Shown: positions 12,646-25,055, counted from the stretch's first letter. The stretch: DNA of 64,000 nt from Marsupella aquatica (GCA_973895155.1 OZ316891.1:26343972-26407971), one strand, 5' to 3'. Made by a program: numbers and translations. Notes: generated by a model not told the origin, from the letters alone.

Positions 12646-14593
12646 ATGGATTCCAGTGGAGCAAATGGAGGTGATGGGGCAGGGGTGAGTGACAGTGGCA
12701 ATGGGAATGAAGGCAATGGGGAGCAGGAGAGGAATCGATGGACCGATTTGATGGCTGAGCACCTCAATGCAGCACAGTTGAGCTGCTTAGATTTGACTAC
12801 ACCAGCAGGGATTGCTTCTTTGAGTGCAATCCTAGGGCAAGCCTTGCAAACGGGAGTAGATGCAGGGAACATTGCAAGGGAGGAGGAGCAAAGGAGTGCA
12901 GCTCAACAGAAGGCAAGAGAGAAGAAGCGTAAGAAGGAGGAGAGGGCCAAGGCAGGAGTAGTCTCACCTGCTGCCCTAGAAAAGAAGAGGAGGAGAGAGG
13001 AACAAGATGAGATAAGAGCACAGCGGGAGGAGCAGCAAAAGAAGGAGGAAGAGAGGAAGAAGCTGCCTATGATTGCCTTGATCGAAGGCATTCCTACTGA
13101 ACTGGCCTACACCGGGGCAAAGAGCACTATCAGGCTTATGGTGCGCTCCAATTTTGCACGAGGAGTTGAGTGGGGGAAACTCAGCAAGGCAGACCAGAAG
13201 AAAGTAATGAGTCAAATCAAAGATTCATTTTGAAATGGAGCAGAGATTGATGAACAGTGGCTTGCAGATAGAATTTCCAATTCAATGTCTCAAGCACGGT
13301 ACCATGATAGGAAGAAGGTAAGGGCCTACCTGGCAAACTTGGAGGAGTACAAAAACGTGAGGAGGCCGCTGTTCACTGAGGACGTGTGGAATGCCTTTTA
13401 CAAAGTGGAGGTGCAGATGAGAGCTGCCAGGAACCTTCTCTTCTGGAAGGAGATGGAAGCCAAGGCACAGAAGGCCGGGAAGTCCGACCGAGACCTCAAG
13501 GCAATGGCTGAGAAGGTGTCTCACATGCAGCACATTCTGGATGAAGTGGGGGCACCACCCCAAAAATTCATCCTTGCAGCTGAGCGAGTCAGCAAACGGC
13601 CCAAGACCACGCACAAGATGGGCCAAGGTGGACTTCCCGGCCTCAAAGCACACTTTGTGAGTGGGCCCTCTCCTCCCCTGCTTCTGTTTCCTTGCTTTCA
13701 ATTGGTATCCAAACCTGCAATGCCCCCTGCATACCTCTTGTTTCTTTCTTACGGCCTGCCTTGTACTTTAGGTCACCCTGACACATTGCGTGCCTTAGAG
13801 ATTTCTCGGAATTTTTTAAAAATAGAGTTTGCGAAGCTTTTGCGATGCGGGTTGCTTCGCAAATGTTTCGCAAAGTCTATCATGGCATTTTTTGAAGTTG
13901 TAGATGCGAAGCTATTGCGAACTAACCCGCTTCGCAAACTACTTTGCAAACAGCCAATTTATTTGAAAGTGGGGAGTTTCGCAAGTGTGTATTATGTTTA
14001 AAAAATACCGCTAAGGGTTATTGAGCCCAGTTTTGTGTTAGGGGGCACCCTATTAGCACCTCCATGCATTTTTCTTGGGTTTATGGCATATTAACCTCGA
14101 TCAATTTTGGTTTTGGAATGTTTGGTTGTGGTAGTATAAGAGGTACCACAGGAAGATAACAGCAAAAGAGATGGAGATAGGAGCTGCGCATGGAGCCAAA
14201 CATCTCTTTGACTTGGTTGACGCAGAGTTGGCAACTATAAGTGCATGTATTCCCTTCAATTTTTCCCACCCAATCCACTTATCTTTTCATTCCGTAAACC
14301 TAAACCAATTTGGCGTTGTGCTGTGCAAATAGGATGATGAGGATGCCAGTGATACCGGCAGCACTGATGAGAACAATGAGGGGACCACGACAAAGGGGCC
14401 CAAGGTAGGAGGGAGTAGTGGATCTGGACCAGTAGGAGGAGTTTCCCAGCAGGAGGGGGAGGATGAGGACGAGGATGAGGAGGAACCAGATGTGGAGGAG
14501 CAGCCAGCACCACCTCCTGTGCCACGTCCGGATCGTTGCAAGAGGGACAAGGGGAAGAGGCCAGCGACAAGGAGTAGGAGGACCCCATTCTAG
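12646..14593 (+). pseudogene. Second CACTA gene (positional TnpA-like accessory protein; charged coiled-coil, acidic C-terminus), spliced, with a premature stop
   Basis: ATG at 12646 (MDSSGANGG). In-frame TGA at 13231-13233 with the reading frame continuing. Donor GTGAGT at 13657, a middle exon at about 14141-14240, and a last exon from about 14333 (DDEDASD...RRTPF*). Confidence 0.7.
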
Positions 14594-14844
14594 AGCTTGG
14601 TGGTGTAGTGCCTATGGGATGCCCATTTACTTAGTGTAGTATATAGTTTTGATATGGGTAGTCTTATAGGGACCTAGCTTGTCATATGACACCCATCTAG
14701 GGTTTAGGGTTCAGGAAACCCTAATTTTTGTGTACCTATCAATTTTCTATAAAGCAATTTTGATTCAGACCTCATTCTCCGTGTTGGACAACAAGACCCC
14801 AACCATAATTCAAAACTCTAAATCTAAACCCTAGCCTCAAGACA

Positions 14845-15256
14845 GCTTGCGAAACCTATGCGAACAACCCAAATCGCATATTTACCATACTGAAGGTATC
14901 GCAAACATTATGCAAACCACATAAGTTCACACAAATGCGAAGCGATCTTCATGGCATAACTACCATTCATTTAATATCGCAAACATATTACCAAACTCCT
15001 GGGATTGCAAATATGGAACTGCTTGATTATTATTGCAAGCCTCTCGTGACGCCCACGGAGTTGCTTAAATGTGAGTCCTTTGCGATTCTATTAGTGTCGC
15101 AAGTTGCGAAGGCGTTGCGAAGGTCTTGCAAAAGACCGGATGCAAACCTTTGGGCTTCGCAGTTTGCGATTCTATTGCGATGCACGATACTTCGCAAAGG
15201 CGAGTTTTGTTTTTTGATTTCCTTTGTTGTTTGCGATGCTTTCAAGTTCGCAAAAG
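14845..15256. repeat. CACTA right subterminal repeat cluster
   Basis: Dense TTGCGA/TCGCAA copies adjacent to the right TIR. Confidence 0.8.
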
Positions 15257-15378
15257 GTGTAGGTAGTGTTGTAGTGGTAGCCTCATGTGAAGGGGAACCA
15301 CGTATCTCTCTATGTCGACTCTTGTGCGTTGGATGGTTCATGGGCTTACCGTTACGAATGTCGTTTATGCTCCACAAG

Positions 15379-15390
15379 TGGTATCAGAGC
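15379..15390 (+). promoter_or_regulatory. Primer-binding site (initiator tRNA-Met) of the Copia element
   Basis: TGGTATCAGAGC, 2 nt after the LTR end ...CCACA. Confidence 0.92.
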
Positions 15391-15402
15391 ATGCCTGGGA
15401 GG

Positions 15403-15932
15403 GGGGTACACAACATCATCAGTTATCAGTGGCTGATAACTGATATTAGTCGTTGATATCAGTTATCTCAAAAATTTCATAATCTCAGTTGAGGAGTTGA
15501 GATGGGGCCTTCGAACTTCCGCACATCTCAACTGGGTAGCCAAGGTTGACTCAATCTCAGTTGACCTTGCCAAGATGGGCGTACAAATTTTTTCGGAAAA
15601 TTTGGAAATTTTTTCCCCATCTCAACTGGCCTCGCCGAGATGGGGTGTACGGACCAAAAAAAAACGGGGGGGAAAAACAACCAAAAATTTGAAAAAAAAC
15701 AATTCGGAAATTTTTTTCCCATCTTGGCTGGGCTCGCCGAGATAAGTGTCCGAAAGGTACGAACGCCTCATGGCGAAAATTGTTTTTTGAAAAAAAAAGT
15801 TATCCTTCAAATTTTTTTCTTCATTTTTTTAATTTTTTGCATCGCAACTTGGCAACCTCTCTAAGATGAGGTGGCAGCTGATATCAGGTACACTGATGAA
15901 AGTGACTGATAACTGATGAGATTACCTATCTC
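15403..15932. mobile_element. Mutator-like MITE inserted just after the Copia PBS
   Basis: 9-bp TSD CCTGGGAGG (15394-15402, 15933-15941). The TIRs start with G and share the inner core TCATCAGTTATCAGT. Confidence 0.8.
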
Positions 15933-16632
15933 CCTGGGAGGTGACGAGGGTTTTTTGTGACAGGTTTTTCCAGCGTTCATTGTCGGTGGTACATTCTGAG
16001 TTTCATCACATGAAACTCGAATGTGTGTGGCTGAGCGGATAGGTTAGTGAGAAGGCTTTCTAAAGGTGGTTAGACTCGTTGATCGGTATCCGTGGTGCGG
16101 AGGAATTGAAGTTTGTGTCATTCAGATTTTATTCGTGTTCAACGGCTTTTTGGGGAGAGACCAGAGTTCGCATTTTCAACGGTGTGAGCTGTGCGGTGTT
16201 TGAGGGATCGCACATTATAGCTCAAGTTCAAGGTTGAAGCGAGTTGGTCGTTTTGGTAGCTGGATTGCTATCGAGTTGTTACCGGTGAGACGTGACGAGT
16301 GACAGAGGCGTTCAGGTTTTTTCACAAGCTATGGAGCTTGTTCTCATCTGAATCGGGTTTCTCTTTGTGACGTCTAACTTGGTGGAAGGAACGCAAAGTG
16401 CTACGGCTCAACAGATTGATCCCGGCGAGGCGGTCGTTTTGAGCCCGGGATTGGCACTTGACGCAAAGTGAAGGTGACGCGGCGGAAATCTTTTCCAGTG
16501 TTGGAGTTCCAGACTATACCGGTGAAATTCGGAAACATTTCCCGTTGGCGGTGTTCACTTTCCTCGTTTAAAACTGCGGCTATTCAAGTGAGTTTTTCCT
16601 TTTAATTTCCCGGGAGAGTTTTTTGAATTTTA

Positions 16633-17439
16633 AGGGGGTTTGTAACCCCTTGTGTGTGTTTATACACACACCCCCGGCCCTATATACTTGTTTACCCCCC
16701 CCGCACCCCGTGTTAAGTGGCACACAATGCATGGCGCCCTGTGCAGCGCCGGCCGACGCAATAGCTGTCGCCCAACAGCTGCTCGCTCATCCCCCGCCCC
16801 TGCTACCCCTTCGCGTGCCAGCAAGCCTTTCACGCCCGCCCTCCCCCCTTTGGCCGGCCGCTCCCCGTACTTGCGCGCCCCTTTCATGCTAGTCCCCACG
16901 CCCTTGTACGCCTTAGCCCACCCCGTGCCCTATTGTGCTGCACCGTGAGTTATAAGGGGCTCACTGCTCCTTTTTGGCCGGCCGTTGCTGCGCCGCTTTT
17001 TTCCTTGTATTCGCCCGCCTCTACGCTCTGTACACCCGTTGGCCCGCCTTTTTTCCAGAATTTTTTGTTTTAAGGGGCTTTGCACCCCCTGTAGGGCATT
17101 TTTTATAGCATTTTTTCTTCTCCTTTCATTGTCTCTTGTGCCGGGACCTACCGCCCTCCATTTTAACCGCTTGGACAGGGGGAACGGCCCCATGTGAGAC
17201 CAGTCGGACTGTGCGGGAATATTCCCAAAAAACATAGAACTGTTTTTTGGCCGTCCAACAAAGATTTTGTCCGCCAAACGGTAACTTTTTTGGTTCTTTT
17301 TCAGCGAGGATGTTGCCACTGGAGTTAGCAATGCGGCGCACCAATCACATTGCAATTCCAACGACGGGTTGTACTTGGTTTTTTTGTTATTCCGAGAGGT
17401 GGTCAAAACGGGGGAGTTTCCCAAGGTTTTACCCACCCC
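16633..17439. mobile_element. Possible non-autonomous TIR element in the Copia 5' UTR
   Basis: Imperfect inverted ends GGGGGTTTGTAACCCCTTG / CAAGGTTTTACCCACCCC and a compositional shift. No TSD found. Confidence 0.35.
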
Positions 17440-17588
17440 GACCAAAATTTGAATAACTTTTCTGTCAAATTTTGATTTTGATTTCGGCTTTCAATATTGG
17501 ACTTCTAGCTTTGTGGGCTATGCGGCGGTGTTGAGTTTTGAGTTTTATGAGAAGTTTTTAAAAAAGACATTTTTTTGTCATTGTTTCA

Positions 17589-20500
17589 TATGAGTTACTC
17601 GGAGGATACTGAAAGAATTGGCATCGGTGGAACTTCAGGATCGCGACAATCAGACGGAGAGTCTGAGGAGGAGCTGCTACCGTTTGAGGAAGAACTAGTG
17701 TCACCGGTACGATCACCGATTCGGCGTGCAGTGGAGGAAGCTATATTACTACCAAAGCTGTCGGTAGTTGGGAAGAAGAGACAAATGGTTAGATTTGGAA
17801 GAGTGAAGTTTGAGGTGGAGAAGTACGATGGTCGTACTGATTACTTGCTCTGGGAGAAGCAAGTGAAGGGTGTCTTTCAAGCCATGGGCTTAGCTCATCT
17901 ACTTTCTTTGCAAGAGCAGTATGACAGAGAGGAGGAGATTTCTGTGAAGCAGTGGAGACAGGAGCTGGTGATTGCTGTCAATGTCAATGATGCTACACCT
18001 CAAGACGTATATCATCAAGAAGCTGGATGATTATGATGACTGTGCATCACTCTTCAAGGCCCTAAGAGAGAAGTACTACCAGGAAGATGCGTCAGACCGG
18101 CTTTACAAGAAGTCTCTCTTGATGAGCCTCAGGCTCAAGGAAGGGAGCAAGCTGCAAGATCACCTAGATGAGTTTGACAGTCTAACGGTGGATCTATCAA
18201 ACCTGGGTAAGGGAGTTGAAGATAAGGATAAGGCCTTGCTTCTGCTAAGCTCCTTACCGCCATCTTCTCAGGGCTTCAAACAAGTGCTATTGTACAGAGA
18301 TTTGAAGTCTATTTTGTATTATGAGGTGGTGAGCTCTTTACTGTCTGATGATGCTCAGAAGAAGCTGGGTCAATCACAAACAGCATCTTCTTCTGGCACT
18401 ACGTTGAATGTGAACCGTGGAAGACCAGCGCATCGCACGAATGGGCAGAACAGGTTTAGATCTACATCACGGGGGAGATCTAAATCCAGAGGGAAATTGC
18501 AAGAGAGGAAGCCTCTTGCATGTTGGAAATGTGGCAAGCCTGGCCACATGAAAAGGGATTGTCGAGTAAAGGACCCTACTGCATCAGCTAACGCGGCATC
18601 GAGCTTGCGTGAGGTAGATTTTCTCGATGATGATGACATATTGTGATGCCAAGGTTATGCTCTCAACGTAGTGTCAAATCCAAGTAGTGATGACTGGATT
18701 CTAGATAGTGCATGTACTTTTCACATTTGCTCTAGGAGAGATTTTTTTAGTTCTTACACGGTTTCCAATGGGTCAGTGTTGATGGGAAATAGAATCTCAT
18801 GTCAAGTAGTTGGACTTGGATCTGTAAGAACGTTGAGGAATGTGAGACATATTCCCAGCATGATGAAAAATCTCATTTCACTTGGAGTTTTAGAAGCAAA
18901 TGGCCATCAGTGGAGTTCTGCTAATGGTGTCCTTTAGGTTTCAACTGGTACTAAAGTTGTATTGAAGGGAAAGAGACATAACTATCTATACGTTGGAGGG
19001 CAGAGTAGTCTGTGATGAAGCCAATGTAACTTTATCTCATGAGAAGATAGCCCGGCTGTGGCACTTCCGTTTGGGCCACATGAGTGAAAAAGGTTTGGTT
19101 GTTCTTCAGAAGAAAGGATTACTTTCTAATTTGTAATCTTGTAAGTTGGATTTTTGTGAGCACTGTGTGCTTGGGAAGCAGCACAGGAAACCCTTCGAAG
19201 TTGGAACTCACACCAACAAGGAGGTACTTGAGTATGTACATAGTGATGTGTGGGTCCAGCCCCTACTCCCTCATATTCTAGATGGTTATACTATGTCACG
19301 TTCATAGACGATTACTCAAGGTATGTGTGGATATACTTTCTACACAATAAGTCTGATGTTTTTGCCACTTTTAAGAAGTGGAAAGCCCAAGTTGAGAATC
19401 AGACTGATAATAAGGCCTGTGAGATATCTTCGATTGGATAACGGTGGTGAATACAGTTCCGGTGAATTTGGAACGTATTGTAAGGAGTAGGGGATTACAT
19501 GCCATCTCACAACAAGTTATATTCCTCAACAGAATGGTATTTGTGAGAGACTCAACCGAACATTATTGGATTGCTCGAGGAGTATGTTGAGTCAATCATG
19601 CTTACCACATGAGTTTTGGGCTGAAGCTGTCAACAATGCAACTTATTTGGTAATCATGTCTCATGAGACAGCCACTAGGCTTTATGAAGAAGGGCCAAGA
19701 GAACTTAGTTTGCAGATTGCTCAAGTCCTTGTATGGATTGAAGCAGTCTCCCAGATAGTGGAACAAGCGGTTTGATGATTTCATGTTTGCTCAAGGTTTT
19801 ACAAGGATGGTATATGATCCTTGTGTGTATACAAAATCAGTCAAGCATGATGTGTTTGGTTTTATCATTCTGGTTATCTATGTGGATGACATGCTGATTG
19901 TGGCTAAAGATCAATCTGAGGTTGACAAACTCAAGGCAAAATTGAGTGTTGAATTCAGGATGAAGGATCTCGGTAAGGCTAAGAGGATCTTAGGGATGGA
20001 GATTTTTAGGAACTCTGATACTGGATAGTTGTGCTTGAGTCAAGGCCAGTATGCAAGGAAAGTACTTGCACGATTCAACATGGAAAATTGTAAGCTAGTG
20101 AGTATTCCTTTAGCTTTACATTTCAAGTCATCATCGGCTTTCTCTCCTACGGATGCTGTGGAGAAAGGTCTGATGACAAAGATTCCTTATGAGAAGGCAG
20201 TAGGCAGTGTGATGTATTTGATGACTTGTACTAGGCCTGACTCGGCCATATCGATGGGCAAGGTTAGCAGATTCATGTCAAATCCAGGAAAGGTGCACTA
20301 GGAAGCTGTGAAATGGATTCTCAGGTACATGATGTGAAGGGAACACAGGACTGTGGATTACTATTTGATAATAGATCAGATAGAACATTGGTTGGCTATG
20401 TAGATTTTGACTATGGAGGCTGTCTGGATACAAGGAGGTCTACAACTGGGTTTGTATATACTCTTGGAGGAGGATGGGGGTATTTACAAACGATAGGAAA

Positions 20501-21027
20501 CAGGAAACAGTTACTGGTAACAGGAAAGTGGGTGGTAATTTTTTTGGATTTTTCTTTCTGGATTTTTTTTGGAAAATGTTTTTTTGGGGAAAAAGAGTTT
20601 TTTTTGTTTTGGTTTGTCATCATCATATTGCTAGCGCCCGGAGCTAACAATAGCAGCGCTTGGCGCTCGCAAAAAAAACCCATGATTTTAATTATTTTGA
20701 AAAATAAGACTTTAAATGGTATATTTTTAGATAGTGTTTTTTACTGGTAATAGTAAAATTTTCCTGGTACCAGTAATCCTGTTTTCCTGTTTCCTATCTC
20801 GGTGGTGATGCCCGAGGAGGATGTATCAATTGGAAATCTACCTTGCAGAAGTGCATATCTTAGTCTACTACAGAAGCAGAGTATGTTGCAGCAACAAAAG
20901 CAACAAAGGAAGCGATTTGGTTGGACAAGTTGATCGCGGAGATGGATTTAGAGCATGGCAAAATGTCTCTAAACTATGATAGTTAGAGTGCTCTTCACTT
21001 GGCTGCTAACCAGGTGATGGATAGCGT
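17589..21027 (+). pseudogene. Copia gag-pol pseudogene
   Basis: KFEVEKYDG..DYLLW, zinc knuckle CWKCGKPGHMKRDC, protease WILDSACTFH, LWH.RLGH, YYVTFIDDYSR, PQQNG, RT IYVDDML and RH GYVD.DY..CLDTRRSTTG. Many stops and frameshifts, and an internal deletion joining IN to RT at about 19655. Confidence 0.93.
20476..20813. mobile_element. Mutator-like MITE inserted in Copia RNase H
   Basis: 9-bp TSD GAGGAGGAT (20467-20475, 20814-20822). ~50-bp TIRs with core GATAGGAAACAGGAAA...TTACTGGTA.CAGGAAA. Removing it restores YTLGGGCINWKS. Confidence 0.88.
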
Positions 21028-23032
21028 GTTGGAGGAGCATTTGAGCTCTACTCCTATCACCAATGTTGTCTATCATTGGGCTGAGCATGTGTAGCAATTG
21101 CCTATGCAGTTGCCTATGGATCAAAAATTGCATGCTCTGCAGATCGATTGTCAAGTATTACAGGTGTTTTTTCCAAAGAGAAATGTTGCTGCCCAGTCTT
21201 GCCAACCTTCAGCTGGTCAGGAGAGTAGAGAAGTTGTTGTTGTAGACACCTGGGAGTTTTTGAGGAAGAAGAGGGAAAGTTTATTGTGGAAAGTGGGACC
21301 AAAAGAAATCAATTTTGACAATGCTTATTGTCGTATGCTATCAAAAGCAAATATCATCGAATATATGCTAAAAACTTGGTGTTCGTTCCCGTGGAAGAAC
21401 AAGAATGGGATGAAAAGTTGTTTTAAAGTGTTTTGAGTGGCTTAGAGATGATACTCAACATCTATAAGAAAAATAGAATCTTAAACAAAACACATGCAAT
21501 TAACAAAATAGGAACAAAAATGACATCTGGTGAATAATAGAATCTTAGAGCTTTTAGAGGTATAGTTTAGCAATATTTAACTTCGTCACCATATCTTAAG
21601 AAAGAGCTATGGCAGTATTTAAGACGTTGATAAGTCAAACATAACCTTGCTATAATTGCTCTCTAGGTTTCTATCATAAATCTAAGTTTAAGAAGTGTCT
21701 ATGCTCACAAAACCCAAGATAAGTTTCGGATTGTGTGTATAGTAGTGTGTCATTAAAATGCCGGCAACATGTTTCTTTCTTCAGCGATACGCAATTCCAA
21801 AGAAAAACTAATGCACATTCAGTATACCACAATGGTACTTCAAATCCGTGAATTAAGAATGTTGCTACTTCTTATCATAGAGATTTCTATTCCTTGATTT
21901 CATGCAATACTTATCTTCCAAAGATAAGTCCTTCATGTAAATACAGAATTTGACAACAAATGTTGTAGTTTGGATTAGACACCGACCAACGAATCTTCTA
22001 ATACATTCCACAAACTGTATTTTTATGGGTTTTACTTCTTACGGCAATTGCAACATGCATTACCATACGAAGGAGGGGTAGACTCCTAGCACAAGTAATC
22101 AAATTCCAAGGCATACAAATATTCCTTGAAAAATTGCATTACACGTACAAGGGACAAAACTCCAAGATGAGGAGATGCAAATAACTATCCACACTGTCTC
22201 AAAATGAGACCGGCATCACAATAAGTACATGAGATCGCCCACGGGCTAAGGAGAATGAAGAGACATGCCTCTTCATTTTCTAAGTCTAAACTAAGTAAAA
22301 TAAAAGTCAACTTTGACTAAGGGATAGTCAAATAGTCAAAGCTAAGTAAAAGTCTACAAAATAAAATACTAATCTCATACTGTAATAGGAGGAGGGTCAA
22401 AGCTCGCGCCCTACTGCCGGTCGCCATGGACGTCCCTCGAAGAAAAGTAGAAAAGTGTGATCAGGCCGGCGCGGACGTTAAGTTAGGTCGTGACGGGGTG
22501 GACGTCTCGGACGTCCCTACGTGGAGGCCGTCCAAGACGTCCTCAAGTTTTTCACGCAGGCCGGCGCGGAAGGAGTCGGCCGTCCTTGGCAAAAATGGGT
22601 GCCGTCCCGGCCGTCCAGGCCATCACCTCATTTTTGAAGCTCCTTTCAACTTCTTGTCGTCTTGACGCTTACTATGTGAAAACCAGGGTGGCCTTGACGT
22701 CTTCCAATGGTACCCTTACCCATTTGAGCTTATACTAACTTAATTTTGCTTAAAGGGCCTCATAAAAAACTTAAAATTTTAAAAAAATTATGATTTTGAT
22801 ACGTTAACTCTCTTTTAGAATAATTATACTTATCCAGACTATGTGAAGTGGAAGAAGGAGCAGAAGCATTTGTCAGTTTCCATAGCCAGTCAAACTTGTG
22901 TGCAAGATTACAAAGGTGATGGCATGTCACAAGAAGAAGCAGAGAACACGATATGTACCACATTAATTTTGCTTGCCTTTGCAGTTTTGTTTATACTTCA
23001 AGCATAATGTTTACACTAGTTTTTATATTCCA

Positions 23033-23839
23033 GGCTGGAGATCATGAAGTGTGGGTTGATACCTCGGATGAAGAGGGGTATAAGCCCACCCTTGACAAGT
23101 GGGGATTAGAGTCCTCTGACAAAGAAGATGCAACAAAGGTATAGGTCCTCTTCCCCTTCAGCCAATCATTTTTTTCTGAATCTGCAGAGTTTGAAAACAT
23201 TGACCGGAATGTCTACCAAAATTTAGGTTCCTTTGAATGACGGAGCTCAAGCCAAAGAATATATATAGGGACTAAACACATGTTGACTTGATATATATGG
23301 TACTAAACACATGATTGACTTGATACTGATTTCAGCCTTACAATGCAAGATTCACCTGAACAAGTGGAGGATGTCGATGCTCAATTAGGACTAGAGGGAG
23401 GCAACACTATTGATACTGAGGGTACTGCCCTTCCACCGAATGTGTCTGCAATCCCATCAGGAGAGGTGACTGCACCGGTAGGGGCAAGCACACAGTCCTC
23501 CTTTAATTGATTTTGGTGGCTACGATTCATTGGTAAGATGCGTTTGTTTGCTGATTGCTTTCATATGTGAATTTGCAGGAGTACCAGAAACCACCTGATG
23601 TGCAACCAGACCCATATACAAGTAGACATTGGACAAAGTTGACAGTCCCTGAGCCATTGCGGAAGGCGCAAAGTGAATTTGTAATCTCGGGGTCTGTATC
23701 ACAAGAGGTCACTGTGCAAGAGGATGACATTTTGGATTCCTTGCATGCATCACAAATTCTCCAAGACTGTAGCCAGGCTGATGTTAGCTCTTTCCACAAG
23801 GCAATTGCTATAATCATGAGTAATGTGGATGAAGTTTAG
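23033..23839 (+). pseudogene. 3' exons of an unidentified spliced gene fragment, probably TE-derived
   Basis: Short acidic exons bounded by CAG acceptors and GTA donors (about 23033-23139, 23336-23477, 23579-23839). No 5' part is recognisable. Confidence 0.35.
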
Positions 23840-23989
23840 GGTACAATTAGCAATCCAACGGATAGTTTAGGGTATCTAGCCCTATTTTGTCACCAATGTG
23901 TCAATTTGTGATAATAAATAGGAAATGTTGCTTCATTTCTTGCTCTCTTTGAAGACAATACAACATGATCTGCTCCACAAATGGTCAGA

Positions 23990-24720
23990 GTATACAAGAA
24001 TGCACAGACCATGATTGGATGGTATACATGCCACACAATGTAGTCATTACTCAAACTACAAATATGGTATTCATGACTCCGCAACCTACAAATGGACAAA
24101 ACCATTTTACCTTGGATACACAATGGACATTGTATTCAAAGATCGCACTTAAACAAAGTTAGGACTCCCCTGCCTTACATACAGGCAGCAAGGCCTGCTA
24201 TAATGGACAAAACCAAAACCTGTTCAACATAGAATGATGTGTGTCTTGCATAGAATATGCACGTTGTATTCACATTTTCTCTGACTTTACAATGAAGACA
24301 CCCCCCTGCCGAAGCCTTCCCAAATGGACAAAACCTATCGTTTACAACACAAATATGATTTGTTATGTATACACTTTGCACGTTGTATTCGGATTTCACA
24401 CTTAGAAAAAAATTTGTCCCTTTGACTTTACAAAGACACCCCCCGCCGAAGCTTGCCCAAATGGACAAAACCTATTGTATTTCAACATAGAAATATCATT
24501 TGTCATGTATACACTTTGCTCGTTGTATTCAAATTTCACACTTATAAAACCATAATGTCCCTCCAACTTTACAAAGATGCCCCTGCCAAAGCCTGCACAA
24601 ATGGACAAATCCAATTGTATTTTAACGTAGAAATATGATTTGTCATGTATACACTTTGCACGTTGTATTCAGATTTCACACTTAGAAAGAAAGGTTGTCC
24701 CTCCAACTTTATGAAGACCC
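23990..24720. repeat. Degenerate tandem repeat, ~140-bp unit, about 5 copies
   Basis: Recurring AAATGGACAAAACC and GTATACACTTTGCACGTTGTATTC. Confidence 0.8.
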
Positions 24721-24833
24721 TAAACTTTAGAAACTCCCTATACATAGTTTACACAATATTATCTGGGTTTACTATTACATAGGCATCTCACTATAGCTTA
24801 TACATAGTTTACACAATATTTTGGTTTACCTAT

Positions 24834-25055
24834 TAAAGTCTCCGAAACTCACTATATACATAGTTTCTAAAGTCACCGAAACTCACTATACATAGTTTCT
24901 AAAGTCTCCTAAACTCACTATACATAGTTTCTAAAGTCACCGAAACTCACTATACATAGTTTCTAAAGTCTCTGAAACTCACTATACATAGTTTCTAAAG
25001 TCACCGAAACTCACTATACATAGTTTCTAAAGTCACCGAAACTCACTATACATAG
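24834..25055. repeat. 32-bp minisatellite, about 7 copies
   Basis: Unit GAAACTCACTATACATAGTTTCTAAAGTCACC. Confidence 0.92.

Larger units (their letters stand above)
5648..15276. mobile_element. Complete CACTA (En/Spm) DNA transposon, 9629 bp
   Basis: Perfect 10-bp TIR CACTACAACA (5648-5657) / TGTTGTAGTG (15267-15276). 3-bp TSD GTA (5645-5647, 15277-15279). Subterminal TTCGCAA/TTGCGA repeats at both ends and an internal TnpD-type transposase. Confidence 0.97.
5481..21027 (+). mobile_element. Ty1/Copia LTR retrotransposon, degenerate, with nested CACTA and MITEs; 3' end truncated in RNase H and no 3' LTR found
   Basis: The 5' LTR is in two pieces (about 5481-5647 and 15280-15376, ending ...CCACA), followed by the PBS and gag-PR-IN-RT-RH. 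The left LTR edge is uncertain (TGT at 5481 or about 5507). Confidence 0.85.

Noticed and set aside
22388-22710. GC-rich GACGTC-repeat block as a transposon end
   Set aside because: Suggestive of subterminal repeats, but no partner TIR or TSD could be identified.
24834-25055. 32-bp repeat as a CRISPR array
   Set aside because: The units are contiguous with no unique spacers, there are no cas genes, and the context is eukaryotic.
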